64,000 nucleotides of DNA from Spirochaetia bacterium (GTDB lineage: Bacteria; Spirochaetota; Spirochaetia; SZUA-6; Bin103). The notes beneath the pieces were generated by a model. That model worked only from the letters and a program-made list of their open reading frames with translations, searched no databases and had not been told where the DNA came from. Shown here in pieces: positions 18,680 through 27,742 of this stretch. Positions within the stretch are counted from its first letter, which is position 1, and every line of letters starts with the position of its first letter. The DNA lies in NCBI GenBank assembly GCA_965203905.1, contig CBDBDQ010000005.1:832001-896000 (forward strand). Reading direction: 5' to 3'. The position numbers and the translations under genes were made by a program.

Positions 18680-20398
18680 TCACGTTCCTCGATACGGGGA
18701 GTACGGCAGCATGCTGTGGCCGCCGAGCATGCGCAAGGCGAGCAGCCGCGGTTCAATCTCGCCGGCCTGTGCGGCGCCGTCCGCATCGCGCTCCACGCGA
18801 TTCCTGAGCTCTTCGACGTGGCCCAGCCGCCGTACGGTCTCCCATTGCGAGGTCGCGTCGTGGCGCTGGTAGGTATCCCAGAACAGCAGGCCGTCGGCAC
18901 CCGCTTCGTAGTACGCCATCGCTCGTTCACGATACTCACGGGGAGACATGTGCCGCGGCATGACGTTCATGTAGAGCTTGCACGCTGAGTCTCGCGTGAG
19001 TCCCGCGTAGTGCTCGACGTCGATCTCGCAGAACGAATGATCCGCAAGACACGGATAGGCGATCAACGCGTCGACGCAGCCGGCTCGGATCCAGGCCGCG
19101 GGGTCGAGCCCGAAGCGGCGGTTCTCCGCCGCGGTGGCGAACGTGATGGCGGACAGTTGCAGACGCTTTCCGAGCCTGGTGCCCACCGTGTCGAGCGTCT
19201 GCCGCAACTCGCCCATGAACACGGCCATGAATTGTGCCCACACCTGGAGCAGTCGCGGGTCGCCGGCTTCCACACCGCTCAGGTCGGTCCCGTGCAGCTC
19301 CCGGAAGCGGCGCACCACCGGCTCCTCGTACAACACGTAGGGCGCGGAACGCGGATAGATGACGGCCGCCCCGTCGGCGCCCAGTGACACCGCCTCCTCG
19401 AACATCCCCGTCAGGTAGGCGCGAACCTCGGGGAACGCGTAGCTCAATCCCGTAATCTCGGTGCCGTCACGATCGCGCAGCCGGTACTGCGAATGCTCGG
19501 CGTAGAAGTCGGTGGAGAATACCTCCTCGAACGGCGGCGCACACTGAAACATCTCGGTGCGTTGACTGACGTGGAACTCGAGTCCCATGCCGTGGGCATG
19601 GTCCATGGCGGTCTGCAACGGGTTGATACCCTTGGCTACCAGCGTGCGGATGCTGTCTCGCAGCTGGAGGTCCCCGGTTCGCGGAAAATCCTCGACACCG
19701 TCGCCATACAGCTTGCCGGCGGCGCGCCAGCCGCCGAACATGCCCGCTACGACCTCCCAGAAGAGCTTCCCGAAGTCGCTGTCGCGGTACGGCTCGACGT
19801 GCTCCCGGATGCCTTCACGGCTGGTAATGCGACCGCGGAAGAAGATGCCGAAGGCATCGTTGGTGGCGATCAGCCGCCTGGTATCGGTCCTCCGCCTGTC
19901 CGCTTCGAGATCCACGACCTCGCTCTGAGTGAGTGGCACCAGCCGTACGTAGGCCAGGGAGCAGTCGCCGCGAAAGCCTTCGCTCTGCGGGCTCACGACC
20001 AGGGTGCGTTCCGAGAGGTCCGCGTACTTCCAGAACGCCTCCTCGAGCGTGTCGCGGCCGGGCTGCTCGCGTCGCATCATGATGGAGCACGGATCGCCGT
20101 CGAGACGCACGCGTATGGCGCCGACGTTGTCTGCTCCTTCGGTGCTCTTGGCATAGAGGGTATCGGTTCGGCCGGCGGCCCACATGCCGACGAATATCGC
20201 GTGCCAACCCTCCAGCTTCAGGTCAAGCCGGACCTCGGGCGGGTCGGTCATCGGGCCGGCGCTCAGCATGGTGCCTGCGAAGTGCTCGGTTTCGTATGGG
20301 ATGAGCTGCCAGTGACGCCGGCGGCGGCGACTGGAGAGGGCCGTAGCCGGCTGACACCCGCTCAGGTCGCTCAGGATGATTTCTCGGGGAGAGCTCAT
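18680..20398 (-). CDS. Family-10-like glycoside hydrolase (TIM barrel) with N-terminal beta domain
   Basis: NPL...AHGMGLEFHVSQR, F...H, LSYAFPEVR, ADG, GLDPAAWI, Y-AGADGLLFWD pattern. Confidence 0.65.
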   Translation of the reverse strand: MSSPREIILSDLSGCQPATALSSRRRRRHWQLIPYETEHFAGTMLSAGPMTDPPEVRLDLKLEGWHAIFVGMWAAGRTDTLYAKSTEGADNVGAIRVRLDGDPCSIMMRREQPGRDTLEEAFWKYADLSERTLVVSPQSEGFRGDCSLAYVRLVPLTQSEVVDLEADRRRTDTRRLIATNDAFGIFFRGRITSREGIREHVEPYRDSDFGKLFWEVVAGMFGGWRAAGKLYGDGVEDFPRTGDLQLRDSIRTLVAKGINPLQTAMDHAHGMGLEFHVSQRTEMFQCAPPFEEVFSTDFYAEHSQYRLRDRDGTEITGLSYAFPEVRAYLTGMFEEAVSLGADGAAVIYPRSAPYVLYEEPVVRRFRELHGTDLSGVEAGDPRLLQVWAQFMAVFMGELRQTLDTVGTRLGKRLQLSAITFATAAENRRFGLDPAAWIRAGCVDALIAYPCLADHSFCEIDVEHYAGLTRDSACKLYMNVMPRHMSPREYRERAMAYYEAGADGLLFWDTYQRHDATSQWETVRRLGHVEELRNRVERDADGAAQAGEIEPRLLALRMLGGHSMLPYSPYRGT

Positions 20399-20555
20399 GG
20401 TTCGCCTCCACACATTGTTGTTCGAGTCGTTCCGCGCATCTTATACGCACTCGCGAATTCGGCGCACCTCCTGGCCGGCTGGCGCCAATCCGGCGGCTGT
20501 TCGTCACGGCGCCGCGCGCTTGATCGATGGGCGACCTCGCCCGTAGCGTAGCGGC

Positions 20556-21421
20556 ATGTTCACCCCGGTTCGGGTTGCGGCCAGTTCGTTCAGGCCCAGG
20601 AAGTTCGACACCGCCGCCAACGCCGAGCGGCTGGAGGCGCTGTTCCGCCGCGCCGCGGCTGCCGGCGCCCAGCTCGCCGTGGCGCCCGAGGGCGCCCTGG
20701 ACGGGTACGTGGTGATGCCGATCATCGACGGCGCCGAGCCGGCCGAGCGCATGCACGAGGCGGCGGTCTCCATCCGCGGGCCGGAGGTGGCCCGGTTTCG
20801 GGATCTGGCCCGAGAGCTCGGCATGTGCCTGGCGTTCGGTCTGGCCGAGCGCAGTGGCGGCGACGTCTACAACTGCGCGCTGTTCCTCGACGCGGACGGC
20901 CGCATCCGCGGCAGGTACGCAAGATGCAGTTCGCCGAGGGCTACCACGAGTCGTGGTGGTTCAACCGTCTCGGGGCCCGCTCGCGGGCGTTCGCCACGCC
21001 GTTCGGAAGGTGCGGCGTGCTGATCTGCAACGACCGCTGGAACCCCGAAATCGCACGCATCCCGGTGCTCGACGGCGCCCGCTATCTGCTGATCCCCTCC
21101 TACGGGTCGCGCGCCCGCGAACAGGACCGCGCCGTGCTGGCCAGGGCGCGGGAGAACGGCGTCCCCATCGTGGAGGCCAACGTGGGGGTTACCCTGATCG
21201 TCAGCAAGGGCGAAGTCGTGGCGTGCGAGCGGCGCGTCGACGCGGTGACGGTGGCCACCATCGAGATCCCGGCGGCGCCGTCGACCGCCAACCGAGACCG
21301 CCAGGAGGGGCAGTTCCTGCGCTGGCGCGCCGAGGAGATGGCGCAGCGCTACGAGCGGGGGGAAGCGGCACGGCGCAGGCGGCGAGGATCCGGCGCCCCA
21401 TCCGTTACGGCGGCCGGCTGA
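20556..21421 (+). CDS. Carbon-nitrogen hydrolase (nitrilase family), frameshifted near 20920
   Basis: E-K-C triad split over two frames: APEGAL / YNCALF, then KMQF / ICNDRW; a single indel at GRY-(x)-KMQ. Confidence 0.85.
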
Positions 21422-21457
21422 CCGGCTTTCGCGGCCCCGCGCTTCTCCGCCGGCGGG

Positions 21458-21535
21458 TCAGTTGGTAACTCGTTCCCGGTCGCGTGCCGCCTGCAGGAAC
21501 TGCTGAACCTCTACCGGCTGGCCGCTGCGGCTGCC
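21458..21535 (-). pseudogene. Orphan 3' end of a Gfo/Idh/MocA gene
   Basis: Encodes SRSGQPVEVQQFLQAARDRERVTN*, matching the C-terminus of 23290..24375 (SRTGQPVKVQEFLQTARDRERVAT*). Confidence 0.85.
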
Positions 21536-21638
21536 GGGCACCATCCGGTCGAGCCGCTATCGCACAGATCGCGAGAGGTACGTACGCCGTGAACGCACCG
21601 GCAGGAGTCGCTCTTGTTACTACGGGCTCAGCCATCCG

Positions 21639-21860
21639 CTACCGGTTCTCTCCGGCATCGACCTCAATCGCGATCCCCGATCGGGCATCGGAAGTAACTA
21701 CCGGGCGTGCAGGAAAGCGGACGTACTCTCGCCCGGACTCTTCCTGCATCGCCCGGATGTCCCGGAAGATCGCCGCCACGTCGTAATCGAAGCGGGCGGC
21801 ATGCGCGTCGCGCGCCGCCCGCACTTCCGAAATGATCGGGTCAATCGGTTGTCTTCGCAT
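21639..21860 (-). CDS. Small protein downstream of PIN toxin, putative antitoxin
   Basis: MRRQPIDPIISEVRAARDAHAARFDYDVAAIFRDIR; overlaps the PIN gene end; RBS GGAGG. Confidence 0.7.
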   Translation of the reverse strand: MRRQPIDPIISEVRAARDAHAARFDYDVAAIFRDIRAMQEESGREYVRFPARPVVTSDARSGIAIEVDAGENR

Positions 21861-22335
21861 CGTTCGCCTCCATGAGTTCGTTCGGCGTGCAGATAACCGG
21901 CGGCTCGTAACCCGCCTGCCGGCATACCTGCTCGATCCGAACGCGCATCGTAGCATTGGCTATGTGCCGGAAGTTCCACGTCACCAGAAAATCGACCCCG
22001 TTGGTGACAGCGATGGCGATATGCGCCGCATCGTCCGCGGCCTGCCGTGGAACCGCACCAAGATCGACAAGCGCTTGCGTAAGACCCTCGGCATCCGAGG
22101 TCGCATCGACAAGCGCGACCGCTCCGAGCGCTTCGAGCCGGATGCGCGCGGCTTCGGGGTCGCCCGATTTGGCTTCCGCGATGACGAGGGCCGACGAAAC
22201 GAGATCGAACCTGTCCGGGGCGTCGCGCCACCACTCCCGGGTGATTTCCTGATACGCCGCGATGACCACATCCCGCGACGGTCGCGCTGTCAGATAGCTC
22301 ACTACCGATGTCTCAATGTACGCTGTGGGGCGCAT
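21841..22335 (-). CDS. PIN-domain (VapC-like) protein
   Basis: YIETSVVSY, DDAAHIAIA, LVTWNFRHIAN. Confidence 0.9.
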   Translation of the reverse strand: MRPTAYIETSVVSYLTARPSRDVVIAAYQEITREWWRDAPDRFDLVSSALVIAEAKSGDPEAARIRLEALGAVALVDATSDAEGLTQALVDLGAVPRQAADDAAHIAIAVTNGVDFLVTWNFRHIANATMRVRIEQVCRQAGYEPPVICTPNELMEANDAKTTD

Positions 22336-23179
22336 CGGGCTGATCTGATCCATTCTCAGGGCCTCCTGCCCTTCCCCTACAGTGTGGCGGGTGTCACCAG
22401 CGCCATCAACATTGGACCAATGGGGTGGCCTGGGCGAGGCCGCTGGCGGCGAGGCGGCAGTAGGGCAGCTCGCCTCGGCGGCGGTCGCACCACGGGCAGG
22501 AGATGCACCGTCACCTCACCATGCACCTGAATCCTAAGACTTCCGGGATTCCGAGAACCATCCACAGCGGGCCGCCGCAGTCATGCGATCGTCACGTTGC
22601 CGGGCCGGAACGCATCCGCCTGCGCCGAGGTGCAGGCCACGGGCGTAATGCTTGACTGCTATGACCATGGAGCGCAAGCACCGGTGTGGGCGAGGGATGG
22701 GCAGCCTGGAGTGTGCGCTTGGGCGTGCCCCGGACGCCACGCGATGGTAGTGACTCATTTTGAAAACTGAATCAGTGGCCGCACCTTACGCGTGGCACGC
22801 CACCACCCTACCCGCGCGCACGTGGGCTCCACAGCGGGGCCGGCGCGGTGTCCGTGTCCAACCATGCTCCGCAGCGTGCGCGGAAGTCCCGGACGGCCAA
22901 TCCGCCACGCCCGAAGTAGATCGTCTGCAATTCGTCGCCGTCGATCTGGAAGAACAGCCGGTTCGCCGAACGTGTCCAACTCCTCCAGCGTCTCCGTCGC
23001 CGGGCCGTCCGGATCCGCTATCTCGCTGACTTGACTTAGGGAGGGGAACGGATGAGTACCAGTATGGAGCACCTTCGGCGCGTCGATTCGCTGCTGGTAA
23101 TCGTCGACCATCCTCGCACGACTGGCCGCGCACCACGAAGTGAAGTTGGCAATCGTGCGTGACATCTTCCACGTCCATG

Positions 23180-23290
23180 TGCCGGGCGTTTGGTCTCGCC
23201 GAGCGCAGCGGCAGCGACGTCTACAACTGCGCCCTGTACCTCGACGCGGACGCGCCATGAGCGGGGAGAAGCGGCGCGGCGCCGACGGAT
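23180..23290 (+). pseudogene. Internally deleted remnant of a second nitrilase copy
   Basis: Closely matches 20825-20900 (FGLAERSGSDVYNCAL.LDAD) joined directly to a match of 21350-21390. Confidence 0.8.
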
Positions 23291-24375
23291 CAGGTGGCCA
23301 CTCGTTCCCGGTCGCGCGCCGTCTGCAGGAACTCCTGCACCTTTACCGGCTGCCCGGTGCGGCTGCTCTCGATGGCGGAGAAGATCAGCGCCACCGACTG
23401 CAGGTTGGCCTCGATGTTGGTCGCCATCGGCGGCCCGCCGTCCAGCCAGTCGAGGAACTGGTCCAGCAGCCAGGTGTCGACCCAGTACTTCTGCTCCAGC
23501 AGCGGCACCCCCCTGCCCTGGCCCTCGCGGCTGTACTGCTTCGGCTGGTATGGGAAGCGCTCGATGTGGCGGTGGTCCATCACCAGCGTCTCGTGCTCGC
23601 ACTCGGCGCGGATGTACTCCCGCGACCAGCCGTTGAAGCCGCAGGCGTTGGTCTTGGCGCCCTCGTAGATGGCGCGTGTGCCGTTCTCGAAGGTCATCAT
23701 CACGTGGCCCTGCGAGCCGCTGCCGTACTCGCCCCAGGACGGATTCCAGGTCTGTGCGTAGATGGTGTCGCACTTCGACCCCGCCATGTCGGCGATGATG
23801 TCCAGGTGATGTACCGCTCCCTCGATCATCAGCGCCTCCTGCATGGTGTGGCGGAAGTGGGCGCCCCAGTCGCCGAAGTTGCGCAGGCCGCAGGTGAAGC
23901 GGCACACCAGGTAGTCGATCCGGCCGGGCCGGCCCGAGCGCAGCTCGTGGCGCAGGGTGGTCTTGTCCTGGTCGAAGCGGTGACTCATGGTCACGCCCAT
24001 CTTCTTTCCGGCGCGCTGCACCTTGTCCGCGATCCGCACCGACGCCTCCAGGGTGTCGGCGATCGGTTTTTCCGAGATGACGTGCATGTCGTGGGCCAGT
24101 GCCGTGTCCACCACCGACTCGTGGAACGCCGGCGGCACCACCACGGTGCAGATGTCGGCGGCGTTCTCGTCGCATGCCTGCTGCAGGTCGGTGTAGCACT
24201 TCTCCGGCGGCAGCCCGAGATGGGTCTGCGCGTTGTGGTGCACGTCGGGGTCGACGTCGACGGCGGCCACCACTTCCAGGCGGCCGCCGGCCACGTGCGG
24301 CGGCAGGAACCGGGATACCCAGGGGACACCGCGTCCGCCGGTGCCCACCTGAATCAGGCGATACGTGTTTGGCAT
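23290..24375 (-). CDS. Gfo/Idh/MocA family oxidoreductase
   Basis: VGTGGRG, SEKPIA, EGAVHHLD. Confidence 0.93.
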   Translation of the reverse strand: MPNTYRLIQVGTGGRGVPWVSRFLPPHVAGGRLEVVAAVDVDPDVHHNAQTHLGLPPEKCYTDLQQACDENAADICTVVVPPAFHESVVDTALAHDMHVISEKPIADTLEASVRIADKVQRAGKKMGVTMSHRFDQDKTTLRHELRSGRPGRIDYLVCRFTCGLRNFGDWGAHFRHTMQEALMIEGAVHHLDIIADMAGSKCDTIYAQTWNPSWGEYGSGSQGHVMMTFENGTRAIYEGAKTNACGFNGWSREYIRAECEHETLVMDHRHIERFPYQPKQYSREGQGRGVPLLEQKYWVDTWLLDQFLDWLDGGPPMATNIEANLQSVALIFSAIESSRTGQPVKVQEFLQTARDRERVAT

Positions 24376-24386
24376 TTCGAGGACCG

Positions 24387-24415
24387 ACGCTAAGCGCCGC
24401 CGGTGCCCGTGTCAA
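24387..24415 (-). promoter_or_regulatory. Sigma70-type promoter
   Basis: TTGACA-17 nt-TAGCGT, 11 nt before the ATG (near-leaderless). Confidence 0.55.
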
Positions 24416-24599
24416 TCGGCGCGGGCGATCCAGCGGGTGATCGAGATCGATACCGTGATCCGGCGGCGTTCACGGGGTGTCGCTCCCCATGAAGCCGTGA
24501 GCCTTGCGATTGTTCGAGTCCGGGTGCAGTCCGTATACTCGTTAAACGATGTCATCTCGACACGATGCGCCGTTTCAGAGGGCCGAACGTGAGGATACA

Positions 24600-25718
24600 T
24601 TGCGTATCGCGTCCCTCGAAGCCATCAAGATTAGAGGTTTCCGGTCCCTGTCCGATGTCGAGATAGTGGATCTGCCACGTGCCGCCGTGCTTATAGGTGC
24701 AAACGGCTCGGGCAAGTCCAACCTGATCCGTTTCTTCGAGATGATGAGCTGGATGCTGAGGGCTCGCCGCTTGGCTCAGTTCATCACACTTCATGGTGGA
24801 GCCGACGACCAGTTGTTTCGCGGCAGCAACGTGACCCCACGCATGGAAGCAGCGCTGATCATGCGCACCGACGCAGGCCGAAACGACTATCGATTCGCCC
24901 TTGAACACGCTCAACCGGACAGGTTCATGTTCGTCGATGAGGCGTTTCGCTTCAGCACTGAAACAATCGATGCGGAGCGGGAGTGGTTTCTCCTCGGCGG
25001 CGGCCATACGGAAGCCGAGATACTGGAAACCGCCCAGGCCGGCGACCCCGGAAGTAAGACGGCGCGAGTCATCGTCGCGCTACTGCGGAGCTGCGCGGTC
25101 TACCAGTTTCACGACACCTCCAATGAGTCGCGCTTCAAGAAGAGGTGGGACTCAAGCGACAACGCGCAACTACGTTCGCACGGGGGGAATCTGGCTGCCG
25201 TCCTGCTCCGCCTGGAGCGGGAGGACATACGACGCTTCGAGTTGATCTGCTATCACATCAGTCGGATCCTTCCCGTCTTTGACCGCTTCGAAGTCGAGGA
25301 GATCAACGGCACCGTACTGCTGAGATGGAAGGCCAAAGGCACCGACAAGACGTTTGGACCGCATCTCACGTCGGACGGGTCACTACGCCTCTTCGCTCTC
25401 GTGACGCTGCTAAACCTTCCCTCTGACATGCTTCCCGGCGTGGTGCTGTTGGACGAACCGGAACTTGGCCTGCATCCGGCCGGGATCGGGCTGATAGCCG
25501 GCATGATAAAACAGCGCTCCAAGGAACGGCAAATCATCGTTGCCACGCAGTCACCACGGTTCGTGGATTCCTTCGACCTGCATGAGATCGTGGTATTGGA
25601 ACTCCGTGATGGACGGACGGAGTGTCGCAGGCTCGAAGCACACGAATATCAGCGCTGGATTGCCGAATTCTCTCCGGGCCAGCTCTGGGAGAAGAACCTG
25701 CTCGGCGGCCGACCATGA
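24600..25718 (+). CDS. ABC/AAA_21-type ATPase
   Basis: GANGSGKS, TSDGSLR signature, LLDEPELGLHP, IVATQS; RBS GAGGA before TTG 24600. Confidence 0.9.
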   Translation: MRIASLEAIKIRGFRSLSDVEIVDLPRAAVLIGANGSGKSNLIRFFEMMSWMLRARRLAQFITLHGGADDQLFRGSNVTPRMEAALIMRTDAGRNDYRFALEHAQPDRFMFVDEAFRFSTETIDAEREWFLLGGGHTEAEILETAQAGDPGSKTARVIVALLRSCAVYQFHDTSNESRFKKRWDSSDNAQLRSHGGNLAAVLLRLEREDIRRFELICYHISRILPVFDRFEVEEINGTVLLRWKAKGTDKTFGPHLTSDGSLRLFALVTLLNLPSDMLPGVVLLDEPELGLHPAGIGLIAGMIKQRSKERQIIVATQSPRFVDSFDLHEIVVLELRDGRTECRRLEAHEYQRWIAEFSPGQLWEKNLLGGRP

Positions 25719-26017
25719 TTCGCCTGGCGGTCGCCGTGGAAGGGGAAACCGAAGAGGAGTTCGTGAAGAGCGTCCTCGCTCCGCATCTACGGACGCGTGC
25801 GGTGGAGGTGACGCCACACTTGATCGACATAAATGACAACAAAGAAACGCATCCGAGCAAGCGAATCCAAGACTTGATGCCGAGCTACCAAAAGCGAGTC
25901 GATGGTCCCTTTCTCGCCGGCAGCATCGGATTGACCAAGATTCGTGCAGAACGCCCGCGGTTTGGCGGGTGGATTACGCGGCTGGAGCGGCTGGAGAAAC
26001 AGCAGTCTGCGCAGTGA
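25715..26017 (+). pseudogene. DUF4276 (TOPRIM-like) protein with large internal deletion
   Basis: ATGA overlap with ATPase; VEGETEEEFV joined directly to INDNKETHPSKRI...YQKRVDG; only 100 aa. Confidence 0.8.
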
Positions 26018-26039
26018 CCTGCGGAGACGGCAGAGGTGT

Positions 26040-26200
26040 TCGTCCGCGTTCACGTGGTGGGCTGGCGCGCGAGACGATGCGCGCTGACAGCGTTCGCGCC
26101 TTTGATGCGGCGTTGCGTGACCTGGTAGAGCCCTGGGTTGACGACGGGCACCTCACACTCTTCACCGAGGGGCGGGTAACCTGGGGCGCGCCACTCGGCT
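26040..26200 (+). pseudogene. Probable 3' remnant of a class I SAM methyltransferase
   Basis: SRGGLARETM...AFDAALRDLV...LTLFTEGRVTWGAP resembles C-termini of that family; no start or motif I. Confidence 0.4.
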
Positions 26201-26273
26201 CGATGCATCGCATTCGTGGCTGCGCACGCCGGGCGGCGGCATCGGTATAGTGCCATCACCAAGGAGTAACCGC

Positions 26274-27632
26274 ATGAAGCCCAACATTCTTCTGCTGATG
26301 ACCGACCAGCAGCGCGCCGATGCGCTCGGCTGCGTGACGCCGTGGATGGTTACCCCGCACATGGACCGCATCGCCGCGGAAGGCGTGCGCTTCAGCCGCT
26401 GCGTGACCAACTCACCGGTGTGCATTCCCACCCGCCGGTCGATGGCGACCGGCCACTACCCGCACAACACCGGCATCTGGCGCAACCAGGAGACTACGCT
26501 CGACCCGGAGGCGCCGAACTGGATGCGAGCCGTGCGCGAGGCGGGTTACCGCACCAGCCTGTTCGGCAAGACCCACCTCAATCACGCCGGCGACGACCTG
26601 AGGGAGCGGGCGCACCTGCTCACCGCGCAGGGGATCGACGACGTCTACGAGACGGTGGGGCCGCGGCAGTCGGCCAGGACGCTGTCGCACATGACCGCGG
26701 AGTGGGAATCGCTGGGCATCTGGGACGCCTACCAGCGCGACGTCGCGGAGCGCTTTGCCACCAAGCCACACCTGGTGCGGCCCTCCTCGCTGGGCTTCGA
26801 GCACTTCTACGACACCCACGTGGGCCAGAAGGCGAAGGCCTACCTGGAGGCGTACGACCGCGACCAGCCCTGGTTCTGCTGGGTCAGCTTCGGCGGCCCG
26901 CACGAGCCCTGGGATACGCCCGAACCCTGGTTCTCCCACTACGATTCCGAACGCATGCCACCCGCCTTGAGCGGCGATCTGCGTGGCCGCGAGCGGCCGG
27001 AGGGCCACCTCGACGCCCTCCTGGCCCGAAGGCCCGCCCTGACGCCGGCCGACGTGGCCGCGCTGCGCGCCAACTACGCGGGCAACGTGTCACTGATCGA
27101 CGACCAGGTCGGGCAGCTTTTCGCGGTGATCGAGCAGCGCGGCGAGTGGCAGAACACCGTGGTGGTGCTGTGCTCGGACCACGGCGAGATGAACGGAGAT
27201 CACGGCCTGATCTACAAGAGCAACTTCCTGGACAGCGCGGTGCGGGTGCCGCTGCTGGTCAAGGGGCCGGGGGTGGCCCGCGGCGTCTGTGAGGGGCCGG
27301 TGGAGTGGTTCGACGTGGGGCCGACGCTGGCGGAATTCGCCGGCACTGCGCTCGACTTCGAGCAGTTCGCGGTCTCATTGATGCCGTCGCTGCGTGACCC
27401 CGCGGTAGCGACCAGGAGCGATGCGCTGTCGGAGATCCACGGCGAAGTGATGGTGATGGATACGCGCTGGAAGTGCGCGCTGAACGCCGAGGGCAGGGCG
27501 TACCTGCTGTTCGACCTGGAGCACGATCCCGACGAGTCCACCAACCTGGCCGGCATGCCGGAGTACCGTGAGGTGGAGGAGCGCCTGAGGCTGCGCATCC
27601 TGGAGCGGCTGATGGCGGCCCAGTTCAAGTGA
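26274..27632 (+). CDS. Sulfatase (Cys-type, formylglycine dependent)
   Basis: PNILLLMTDQQR, CIPTR, GKTH, PHEP, SDHGE. Confidence 0.95.
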   Translation: MKPNILLLMTDQQRADALGCVTPWMVTPHMDRIAAEGVRFSRCVTNSPVCIPTRRSMATGHYPHNTGIWRNQETTLDPEAPNWMRAVREAGYRTSLFGKTHLNHAGDDLRERAHLLTAQGIDDVYETVGPRQSARTLSHMTAEWESLGIWDAYQRDVAERFATKPHLVRPSSLGFEHFYDTHVGQKAKAYLEAYDRDQPWFCWVSFGGPHEPWDTPEPWFSHYDSERMPPALSGDLRGRERPEGHLDALLARRPALTPADVAALRANYAGNVSLIDDQVGQLFAVIEQRGEWQNTVVVLCSDHGEMNGDHGLIYKSNFLDSAVRVPLLVKGPGVARGVCEGPVEWFDVGPTLAEFAGTALDFEQFAVSLMPSLRDPAVATRSDALSEIHGEVMVMDTRWKCALNAEGRAYLLFDLEHDPDESTNLAGMPEYREVEERLRLRILERLMAAQFK

Positions 27633-27636
27633 CGGG

Positions 27637-27741
27637 TCACTTGTAGGGGTCGTCGGCGTCGCGCAGGCCGTCGCCGACGAAGTTGTACGCCAGCACCGTG
27701 ACCACCACGAACACGGCGGGGATGATCAGCCAAGGGAACGC
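27637..27741 (-). pseudogene. Orphan 3' end of an OppC-like permease
   Basis: FPWLIIPAVFVVVTVLAYNFVGDGLRDADDPYK*, beginning immediately after the DUF262 gene stop. Confidence 0.9.
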
Positions 27742-27742
27742 G

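Noticed and set aside
22751-23165. Imperfect palindrome TGACTCA...TGAATCA and a minus-strand ORF
   Set aside because: No recognisable family or motifs; the palindrome occurs once; insufficient support.
27625-27643. Inverted repeat CAAGTGAC/GTCACTTG
   Set aside because: Largely explained by two convergent genes both ending AAG TGA.
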